Virus record (IMG/VR): IMGVR_UViG_3300009036_000501
Strand: one strand, 5' to 3'
Length of the DNA: 64,000 nt
From: an uncultured virus (IMG/VR IMGVR_UViG_3300009036_000501)
Lineage: Duplodnaviria > Heunggongvirae > Uroviricota > Caudoviricetes
Shown: positions 18,658 to 25,074 of the stretch, in pieces
Layout: the number at the start of each line of letters is the position of its first letter
Numbering within the stretch: the first letter of the stretch is position 1
The notes under the pieces: model-generated
The model's database searches: none
Told to the model about the DNA's origin: nothing
The model's input: the letters and a program-made list of their open reading frames with translations, nothing else
Position numbers and translations under genes: made by a program

Positions 18658-19115
18658 ACACTCCTTACATACATTTTATACCATATTCTAACATGATGGG
18701 CATTTGAGGGACAATCCGGGGGTCCGCATACATTGTATGGGTAATCCACATCACCATTGATATTGTCGAGGCCTCTCCGTTATCTCGAAGTAAATGTGAC
18801 TGATTGGGGGTGTGAAAGACCCATGCCATCGCCCTATCCGTGGACATGCTTAGGGTATACGAAGCCACAAGTGTGCCGGCTCAGGCATTCTGAGCATCAC
18901 TTTTGGGGTAAGAAATTTGTTGAATGCTCTCAGGTGTCTATAAGGATAACATGCGCTTGCCTTTAGTGGCCTTCGACGAGGGGCTTACCTGCTTCGAAAT
19001 ACACCCAACTTAAAGAAAACTCATTTTGTATTCTTGCATTGACAGAGCTGAAATTTACATGATGTGATCAGGATGGTTGAGATGCAGAATATTTGGGTAG
19101 AGGAGGTGTGATATA

Positions 19116-19259
19116 ATGCCAGCTATGTGGGAAGATATGTGCAGCAATGGGCGTGGCCCGTATAAGAGTGAAAAAGCAGAAGTGTCGGAAGAGAAGACTG
19201 AAACAGAGAAGGATCTACAAGAGTTAGAAGAGGAGCTTAAAGAAGGATTGCAAATATAA
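19116..19259 (+). CDS. Small acidic hypothetical protein (47 aa)
   Basis: AGGAGGTG RBS; MPAMWEDMCSNG... Confidence 0.55.
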   Translation: MPAMWEDMCSNGRGPYKSEKAEVSEEKTETEKDLQELEEELKEGLQI

Positions 19260-19516
19260 GGGCTTGCTAGACTAGTAGGTACCTTTTTGGCGAGCTCCAC
19301 TGAACGCACGTAGCAATTGAACTACACGGTGGCATGATATTCGGGTGAATGCGATCAGGTTGAATGATATCCAATTGTTTGACCCCATGGATATGGTGTT
19401 TAGGGGTATCGACTACACGCTCGCATAAGGTTTCATCCCTATAACACAATACGGCAAGACCGTTCATTGACAAGTGGAAGAACGGACATGGCGAGAGATG
19501 GACTTTTATATACCAC

Positions 19517-19546
19517 TTGACAAGATGACCACCGTTGTGGTATACT
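19517..19546 (+). promoter_or_regulatory. sigA-type promoter of leader cassette 1
   Basis: TTGACA-N18-TATACT with extended TG. Confidence 0.75.
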
Positions 19547-19612
19547 TATTTCTGTGAGGGGGATGAAATAAGCCCCTTCACCCCAACAACTACTAAAGGA
19601 GAGGTGTTTACA

Positions 19613-19738
19613 ATGACTACACTAACAATGACAAAACCCAATAATAAACTAGTCAACCTCATGCCTGCGGTATGTGTTAATTTAGCGTTACCCACAACAA
19701 AGAACACAGATTCCTTTTTATATTTAACAGACAGGTGA
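19613..19738 (+). CDS. Putative leader peptide 1 (41 aa)
   Basis: AAGGAGAGG RBS; MTTLTMTKPNNKLVNLMPAVCVNLALPTTKNT-DSFLYLTDR; followed by terminator. Confidence 0.75.
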   Translation: MTTLTMTKPNNKLVNLMPAVCVNLALPTTKNTDSFLYLTDR

Positions 19739-19763
19739 TGTGCTTACCTTTGCTCCTATACAT

Positions 19764-19806
19764 AGAGAGCGGTAGCCGTACTTGGCTACCGCTCTTTTGC
19801 ATTTTT
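19764..19806 (+). terminator. Terminator/attenuator 1
   Basis: GAGAGCGGTAGCC-gtactt-GGCTACCGCTCTT then T-rich tail. Confidence 0.8.
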
Positions 19807-19854
19807 CGAAAAATGCAATGACATTAGAAAGCAGATAGACAATAAGGGATATAT

Positions 19855-19883
19855 TGACACGTGTCCCGAATTTGTGATAGAAT
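19855..19883 (+). promoter_or_regulatory. sigA-type promoter of leader cassette 2
   Basis: TTGACA-N18-TAGAAT with extended TG. Confidence 0.75.
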
Positions 19884-19940
19884 ATGAAATATCAGGCGCA
19901 AAGCCAAAAATAAACCAATTACGAGAGGATGTGCACTAAG

Positions 19941-20135
19941 ATGAAAACTCAACTGATGAACAATGTTGTTAAGACACTCAAAACGAATATGAATCTAGTG
20001 CCGAACATGCCTAATGTATTGGTTTCTTTAGCATTGGCGCCAAAAACGAACGTGAATAACCCGAAGATGAAAACCAAATATATCTCTTATCATTTTAAGT
20101 CATACCCCATTCGTTATGTAGCTGGCATTCGCTAA
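19941..20135 (+). CDS. Putative leader peptide 2 (64 aa)
   Basis: GAGAGGA RBS; strongly biased composition; followed by terminator directly upstream of tsf. Confidence 0.75.
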   Translation: MKTQLMNNVVKTLKTNMNLVPNMPNVLVSLALAPKTNVNNPKMKTKYISYHFKSYPIRYVAGIR

Positions 20136-20164
20136 TTATTCGCTACGAATCGAAATTCGCTAAT

Positions 20165-20210
20165 AAAAGCGGGGTCACCTTAAAATATAAGGTGACCCCG
20201 CTTTTTGTTT
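20165..20210 (+). terminator. Terminator/attenuator 2 upstream of tsf
   Basis: AAAAGCGGGGTCACCTTA-aaata-TAAGGTGACCCCGCTTTTT. Confidence 0.85.
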
Positions 20211-20238
20211 ATCTGGGATGACAGAAAGGGAGATAATA

Positions 20239-20700
20239 ATGACAAAAGTAAATGAACAGATTGAAATGGTAAAAGCTTTGAGAAACGAAACTGGAGCTGG
20301 ACTCGTGGAAGCAAAGAAAACTCTGCAGTCTGTGGACTTTAACTACGAAGAAGCAAGGGCTATCTTGGCGGCAAAAGGTATTGAGAAAGTGCAGGCGAGA
20401 GAAGAGAAAGAAGTCCATGAGGGGATCGTATTTCAATATACACACCCCAGCAAAAGACTGGGTTCCTTTGTAGTTTTGAATTGCGAAACAGACTTCGTAG
20501 CCAACACAGACGTGTTCCAAGAACTAGCAAAAGAAATCGCGATACATGTAGCAGCCACAGATCCTCAGGACTCGAGAGAACTTATGGAGGCACAATACAT
20601 TAAAGATGAAACAGTGACGATAGCTACAATGGTGCAACAAGCTTCCGCAAAACTGGGAGAAAAAATTGTAGTGGCAAGATTCGCTAGGTTTGCAGTGTAA
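20239..20700 (+). CDS. tsf: Elongation factor Ts, short form
   Basis: VKALRNETGAG...KKTL N-domain and LNCETDFVA motif. Confidence 0.92.
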   Translation: MTKVNEQIEMVKALRNETGAGLVEAKKTLQSVDFNYEEARAILAAKGIEKVQAREEKEVHEGIVFQYTHPSKRLGSFVVLNCETDFVANTDVFQELAKEIAIHVAATDPQDSRELMEAQYIKDETVTIATMVQQASAKLGEKIVVARFARFAV

Positions 20701-20730
20701 AATACAGGCCACACATTGTGTGGCTATCAA

Positions 20731-20806
20731 CGGGAATTAGCTCAGCTTGGTTTAGAGCGCTTGCCTTGGAAGCAAGAGGTCGTCAGTTCGAATCTGGCAT
20801 TCCCGA
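20731..20806 (+). tRNA. tRNA-Pro(TGG)
   Basis: CGGGAAT/ATTCCCG, CT-TGG-AA. Confidence 0.9.
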
Positions 20807-20812
20807 TATTAT

Positions 20813-20891
20813 ACAGGCGTAGGGGAGTTTGGCCGTCCCCACACCCCTTGGAAGGGTGGGATCGCAGGTTCAAATCCTGCCGCTTGTACCA
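20813..20891 (+). tRNA. tRNA-Pro(TGG), A1-U72 variant
   Basis: ACAGGCG/CGCTTGT, CT-TGG-AA, CCA. Confidence 0.85.
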
Positions 20892-20892
20892 T

Positions 20893-20967
20893 GGCTGAGT
20901 AGTTCAGAGGTAGAACATCGGACTCATATCCCGAATGTCGCAGGTTCAATTCCTGCCTCAGCCACCA
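20893..20967 (+). tRNA. tRNA-Met(CAT)
   Basis: GGCTGAG/CTCAGCC, CT-CAT-AT, CCA. Confidence 0.85.
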
Positions 20968-20980
20968 ATAAAAACATCAT

Positions 20981-21057
20981 AGCTGGAGGCGAGGTTGGCA
21001 TCTCGACGAGGTTCATATCCTCGTGTAAGGGGGTTCGATTCCCTCTCGTAGCAACCA
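20981..21057 (+). tRNA. tRNA-Met(CAT), initiator-like
   Basis: 1:72 mismatch, bulged acceptor stem, TT-CAT-AT, CCA. Confidence 0.75.
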
Positions 21058-21058
21058 T

Positions 21059-21133
21059 GCACCCATCGTATAAAGGCTATTACGGCTGCCTTGTAAGCAG
21101 CTTATGTCGGTTCAAGTCCGGCTGGGTGCTCCA
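21059..21133 (+). tRNA. tRNA-Thr(TGT)
   Basis: GCACCCA/TGGGTGC, CT-TGT-AA, CCA. Confidence 0.9.
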
Positions 21134-21159
21134 AAATACACTATAAAGGACTGGTGTGA

Positions 21160-21321
21160 ATGGCAGACAGCGCACTGACTGCAGAACAACTGATTGAGGA
21201 ACTACAAAAGGTGAAAAATAAAAAGTCTAAAGTGTATTATGAAAGAGATTCTTGGAGCATTGAAGCAATTAATCGTGTAGTGGAACATAAAGAAGGCGAT
21301 GAGGATATAGTACTGTTGTAA
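21160..21321 (+). CDS. Small hypothetical protein (53 aa) inside tRNA array
   Basis: MADSALTAEQLIEELQKV..., AAAGGA RBS. Confidence 0.55.
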   Translation: MADSALTAEQLIEELQKVKNKKSKVYYERDSWSIEAINRVVEHKEGDEDIVLL

Positions 21322-21329
21322 CTAAATAT

Positions 21330-21404
21330 ACAGGAGTAGCTCAGCGGGAGAGCAGTCGGTTTACACCCGAAAGGTCGTGGGTTCAATCCCCACCTTCTGT
21401 ACCA
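21330..21404 (+). tRNA. tRNA-Val(TAC)
   Basis: ACAGGAG/CTTCTGT, TT-TAC-AC, CCA. Confidence 0.9.
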
Positions 21405-21415
21405 ATAAAAATTAC

Positions 21416-21494
21416 ACGGACATAGAGGAGTTTGGCCGTCCTCACTTCCCTTGGAAGGAAGGGATCCCTGGTTCGAATCCAGGTGTCCGTACCA
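21416..21494 (+). tRNA. tRNA-Pro(TGG), A1-U72 variant
   Basis: ACGGACA/TGTCCGT, CT-TGG-AA, CCA. Confidence 0.85.
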
Positions 21495-21495
21495 T

Positions 21496-21579
21496 GCAGC
21501 AGTGGTGGAATGGCATACACGTTGGTCTAAGAAGCCAATGCCGAAAGGATTGGGAGTTCGAATCTCCCCTGCTGCACCA
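21496..21579 (+). tRNA. tRNA-Leu(AAG)
   Basis: Class II cloverleaf, CT-AAG-AA, CCA. Confidence 0.9.
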
Positions 21580-21586
21580 AAAATAA

Positions 21587-21659
21587 GCTGGCATAGCATA
21601 ATAGGTAATGCAACCGCCTTGTAAGCGGGAGACTGGGGGTTCAAGTCCCTCTGCCAGCA
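21587..21659 (+). tRNA. tRNA-Thr(TGT)
   Basis: GCTGGCA/TGCCAGC, CT-TGT-AA. Confidence 0.9.
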
Positions 21660-21666
21660 TTTATGT

Positions 21667-21740
21667 GGGACCGAGGTGTGAAGGTGCACAACGCTCTTTT
21701 AAAGCGTAAGGAGACGGATCGTTACCGTCCGGTCCCACCA
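21667..21740 (+). tRNA. tRNA-Lys(TTT), atypical T loop
   Basis: GGGACCG/CGGTCCC, CT-TTT-AA, T loop ATCGTTA, CCA. Confidence 0.8.
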
Positions 21741-21803
21741 AAAAATTGAAGACCCCTAGTCAAATGACTAAGGGTGTGGAAAAGGTACTTTAATGATTTT
21801 TAC

Positions 21804-22190
21804 TCATACGACCCCCTCGAGGATCTCAGGTACACTGAGTGTACCAGGAGTGTTGAGTCTTTTCTCAAGGGATATTAGATACACTTCCAATCCATCGAGA
21901 TCTGTACGTGTTTCTCCATCACCACTTGTATGGTTGGATATTGCAGTTGATAAGTGATCCTGGATGATATCAAAGTTCTCTTGGTCGTTTGTGATGAGAA
22001 CTACGACACCGAAGTCATCATCATTATCTGCATCTAAAAACGTATCTTCTGTGAAACAAACAGCGTCAATCATGCTCATTCCTTTTTCAGCAAGAATTTT
22101 TGCCAACTCAAAGGTAGAGAGGCAAGCAGACGCAGCATCACTTTCACAACGATAAACTCTAATTCCGTAAACTTTTTGCACACATAACAC
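21804..22190 (-). CDS. Acidic hypothetical protein antisense within tRNA array
   Basis: 128-aa ORF, AAGGAG RBS, hairpin downstream at ~21752-21775. Confidence 0.65.
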   Translation of the reverse strand: MLCVQKVYGIRVYRCESDAASACLSTFELAKILAEKGMSMIDAVCFTEDTFLDADNDDDFGVVVLITNDQENFDIIQDHLSTAISNHTSGDGETRTDLDGLEVYLISLEKRLNTPGTLSVPEILEGVV

Positions 22191-22271
22191 TCCTTAGATT
22201 AGATTATACATCTAGTATAACATGGTGATAAAAGGTTGGCAAGTATTGAGTAAGACAACATATTACACTAT

Positions 22272-22347
22272 GGGGGTGTAGCTCAGATGGTAGAGCATCT
22301 GTTTTGCACGCAGAAGGCCAGGGGTTCAAATCCCCTCACCTCCACCA
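22272..22347 (+). tRNA. tRNA-Ala(TGC)
   Basis: G3-U70, TT-TGC-AC, CCA. Confidence 0.92.
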
Positions 22348-22374
22348 AAATACATTTGTTAGGAGCAAAGCACC

Positions 22375-22563
22375 GTGAACACTATCGAGTATGAGGATTC
22401 GCTTTGTTGCGATGATGTAGAGGTTACTATTGAAGGTGAACTTGTGGACACATATGGTGGAAACTACACTTACATGGACACTTTGTTTTGTAAAACACAC
22501 AACAGAAAGTTTGTAGAATATTTAGGCGGTAGATTCAATGGTATTGAAGAATTGTATGACTAA
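22375..22563 (+). CDS. Small hypothetical protein
   Basis: 62-aa ORF, AGGAG RBS. Confidence 0.5.
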   Translation: MNTIEYEDSLCCDDVEVTIEGELVDTYGGNYTYMDTLFCKTHNRKFVEYLGGRFNGIEELYD

Positions 22564-22576
22564 TTGAAGTTAATGC

Positions 22577-22648
22577 GGGCCTATGATGTAACGGTTAGCA
22601 TACACGCCTTTTAAGCGTGCTGCCTGGGTTCAAATCCCAGTGGGCCTA
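22577..22648 (+). tRNA. tRNA-Lys(TTT)
   Basis: GGGCCTA/TGGGCCT, CT-TTT-AA. Confidence 0.88.
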
Positions 22649-22657
22649 TAAAAATGA

Positions 22658-22731
22658 AGGGGTATAGCTCAATTTGGTAGAGCACACGGTTTGGGTCCGT
22701 GAGGTTGCAGTTTCAACTCCTGTTGCCCCTA
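22658..22731 (+). tRNA. tRNA-Pro(TGG)
   Basis: AGGGGTA/TGCCCCT, TT-TGG-GT; T-stem mismatch. Confidence 0.8.
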
Positions 22732-22736
22732 TTTAC

Positions 22737-22818
22737 GCAGATGTGGTGGAATGGCAGACACGGTAGATTCAAAACCTACTGCTTCGGCATGAGGGTTCAA
22801 GTCCCTCCATCTGCACCA
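22737..22818 (+). tRNA. tRNA-Leu(CAA)
   Basis: Class II cloverleaf, TT-CAA-AA, CCA. Confidence 0.9.
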
Positions 22819-22821
22819 TAT

Positions 22822-22907
22822 ACCTAAGTGGCGAAACAGGTAGACGCGGCGCACTGTTAATGCGTTTGTCCGCAAGGACTTTGCAGGTTCGACCCCTGCC
22901 TTAGGTG
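22822..22907 (+). tRNA. tRNA-Asn(GTT) with long variable arm
   Basis: ACCTAAG/CTTAGGT, CT-GTT-AA, V arm GTCC-GCAA-GGAC. Confidence 0.85.
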
Positions 22908-23011
22908 TTCAAGTTGCAGTTGCACATTTTCTTGACATGGTGTTCCTTTAGAGGATAATCTTGATGCAAACCCACAGAGACTGTGGCACTTGCATCACCA
23001 TGGAGGAAAAT

Positions 23012-23866
23012 ATGCCTATATGCAAAAAATGTACAAACGAGTTTCCTAACTTCTTAGAAGTAGAAGGACGGGTAAGAGAACTAAGAAAACGGAAGTACTG
23101 CCCCACATGTGTTCCGTTCAGACCGGAGGAAGAGGTATGGCGTAAAGTACACCTAAAGAAGGAAGGTGTCGTTCGCCTTTGTTCATCTTGTGGGGTTTCT
23201 CTTTCGCAGAGAAGAAAGTACTGCAAGACCTGCAATCCTAGGTATATGAAATGGGAAAATACCACTATAGGAGATCTGAAAGAGAAAGAAGGACAGCTAT
23301 ATGGACGCACTGTCCGTAATGTGGCACGAGATATTTATTATAGAAGTAGCAAACCGGTTAAGTGCTTGGTATGTTCGTATGAGAAAAACTTTCAGGTATG
23401 TCACATTATCCCCGTAGATAAGTTTTCGGATACGACCACTATTGCTGACGTAAATAATATAAGCAACCTGATGGCTTTATGCCCTAATCATCACTGGGAG
23501 TTTGACAATCACGCAATGGACCCACATGACCTTGAGAAAATACAGAATGCTGTGGGTGTACAGATATATACTATAGACACTAACGTATCGAAGAAAAGGA
23601 AAGTGCCACGAGAACGAGATAAGAAACCTTGTAAAGGATGCACTAACACAGTCACTGTATACTCTACTACGGGATACTGTCGAGCATGTATTTGTAGAAC
23701 AAATGGGATGAAAAACTTGCGTCGTCCAAGTTTCGATGAATTGTTGCAAAGCGTTACTGCAATCGGGTATAGAGCAACAGGTAGAAAGTACGGTGTTTCA
23801 GATGGCAATGTAAGGAAGTGGTTGAAACGGTATGGAGTAGACCCCAAGACTGTGAAGAAGATTTAG
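23012..23866 (+). CDS. HNH endonuclease with zinc ribbons and C-terminal HTH (putative homing endonuclease)
   Basis: CHIIP...NLMALCPNHHWEFD, several CxxC, C-terminal GRKYGVSDGNVRKW. Confidence 0.85.
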   Translation: MPICKKCTNEFPNFLEVEGRVRELRKRKYCPTCVPFRPEEEVWRKVHLKKEGVVRLCSSCGVSLSQRRKYCKTCNPRYMKWENTTIGDLKEKEGQLYGRTVRNVARDIYYRSSKPVKCLVCSYEKNFQVCHIIPVDKFSDTTTIADVNNISNLMALCPNHHWEFDNHAMDPHDLEKIQNAVGVQIYTIDTNVSKKRKVPRERDKKPCKGCTNTVTVYSTTGYCRACICRTNGMKNLRRPSFDELLQSVTAIGYRATGRKYGVSDGNVRKWLKRYGVDPKTVKKI

Positions 23867-23886
23867 GCAGATAATTCTGCCAATAC

Positions 23887-23959
23887 GGGATATTAGCTCA
23901 GCTGGTAGAGCAGGGTACTCTTAATACTCAGGTCGCATGTTCAAATCATGCATGTCCCA
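23887..23959 (+). tRNA. tRNA-Lys(CTT)
   Basis: GGGATAT/ATGTCCC, CT-CTT-AA. Confidence 0.9.
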
Positions 23960-23967
23960 TAATATAC

Positions 23968-24048
23968 GCGGTAGTGGTGGAATGGCAGACACGCCAGACT
24001 TAGGATCTGGTGTCTCACGACGTGGGGGTTCAAGTCCCCCCTACCGCA
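23968..24048 (+). tRNA. tRNA-Leu(TAG)
   Basis: Class II cloverleaf, CT-TAG-GA. Confidence 0.9.
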
Positions 24049-24074
24049 TTAAATATTGATAGAGGAGATAAAAA

Positions 24075-24587
24075 ATGAGTGAGATCAAACTAGAATACAT
24101 TGTACCAGAAGATGTGCATGAATATTTTAAGATCTTTAGCGATACTGAGATCACTAGTACATTGATATTTCCTGAAGGTTATCCTCCAGAAACTTCAGAA
24201 GGATTAGCAACCCTGTGGGAAAAAGAAGGATACTTCAACACAAATGATGTAGATAGCATGGACGATATCCTTTTCTCTATTAAGCAAAATGAGGTTACTG
24301 TAGGATACTTATATCTTTCCTACATCGACAGAAAAGAATCCTCTGCAGAGCTGGAAATAACACTGTGTGCGTCAAAACATTGTGGTAAAGGTTTGGGAGC
24401 AAAAGCAATATATAAGGCAAAAGATTTCGCGTTTAGTGAACTTGGTCTGAAAAAACTCTATCTACATGTATTAGAGTCTAACACAAGAGCCATCCGATGT
24501 TATGAAAAATGCGGTTTTGTAATAGACGATACTGCAACGCGGAGTGAAGCGGGTGTAATCAAAATGTGTTTGCCTGAGAGGAAATAA
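24075..24587 (+). CDS. GNAT N-acetyltransferase (RimJ/RimL-like)
   Basis: GKGLG acetyl-CoA loop, NTRAIRCYEKCGF. Confidence 0.85.
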   Translation: MSEIKLEYIVPEDVHEYFKIFSDTEITSTLIFPEGYPPETSEGLATLWEKEGYFNTNDVDSMDDILFSIKQNEVTVGYLYLSYIDRKESSAELEITLCASKHCGKGLGAKAIYKAKDFAFSELGLKKLYLHVLESNTRAIRCYEKCGFVIDDTATRSEAGVIKMCLPERK

Positions 24588-24606
24588 GTACAATCTATGC
24601 TTTTTC

Positions 24607-24679
24607 GGGGACGTAGCTCAGTTGGTAGAGCAACCGGCTCTTAACCGGTAGGTCGTGAGATCGTAGCTCACCGTCCCCA
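24607..24679 (+). tRNA. tRNA-Lys(CTT), atypical T loop
   Basis: GGGGACG/CGTCCCC, CT-CTT-AA, T loop ATCGTAG. Confidence 0.85.
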
Positions 24680-24687
24680 TTCAATAT

Positions 24688-24776
24688 AGTCCCTTAATTC
24701 AACGGGAGAATAACTCGCTTACAACGAGGAAGCCCTTATAAGGTTTATACAGGTTCGAATCCTGTAGGGACTACCA
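24688..24776 (+). tRNA. tRNA-Val(TAC) with long variable arm
   Basis: AGTCCCT/AGGGACT, CT-TAC-AA, V arm AAGCC-CTTATAA-GGTTT, CCA. Confidence 0.85.
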
Positions 24777-24784
24777 ATATTTGT

Positions 24785-24859
24785 GGGGTCTTGGTCTAAC
24801 GGTATGACACATGCTTTGCAAGCATGCTGATGCGGGTTCAACTCCCGCAGACTCCACCA
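24785..24859 (+). tRNA. tRNA-Ala(TGC)
   Basis: G3-U70, TT-TGC-AA, CCA. Confidence 0.9.
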
Positions 24860-24881
24860 AAATATCATTAATAAATTATAC

Positions 24882-24959
24882 ACGGATGTGACGGGAACTG
24901 GCATACCTAGATGATTCAGAATCATCTGTTTGTGGGTTCAACTCCCACCATCCGCACCA
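24882..24959 (+). tRNA. tRNA-Leu(CAG) lacking long variable arm
   Basis: TT-CAG-AA, 5-nt variable region, A1-C72 mismatch, CCA. Confidence 0.8.
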
Positions 24960-24964
24960 AACAC

Positions 24965-25050
24965 GCGAGTGTGGTGGAACTGGCAGACACCCCAGACTTA
25001 AAATCTGGTGTCAGGTAACTGGCGTACGGGTTCGACTCCCGTCATTCGCA
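24965..25050 (+). tRNA. tRNA-Leu(TAA)
   Basis: Class II cloverleaf, CT-TAA-AA. Confidence 0.9.
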
Positions 25051-25074
25051 TAAAACAATCAAAGGAGAAATATT

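Noticed and set aside
19360..19430. tmRNA (short frame ending DYTLA*)
   Set aside because: No Ala acceptor ends, T arm or CCA flank it.
19800..20238. T-box riboswitch upstream of tsf
   Set aside because: No GGTGGnACC T-box sequence or stem I is visible; a translated leader explains the region better.
20716..21689. ORF-track frames overlapping tRNA/ncRNA genes (also 7640, 8803, 9080, 24719)
   Set aside because: They coincide with RNA folds and lack RBSs; spurious.
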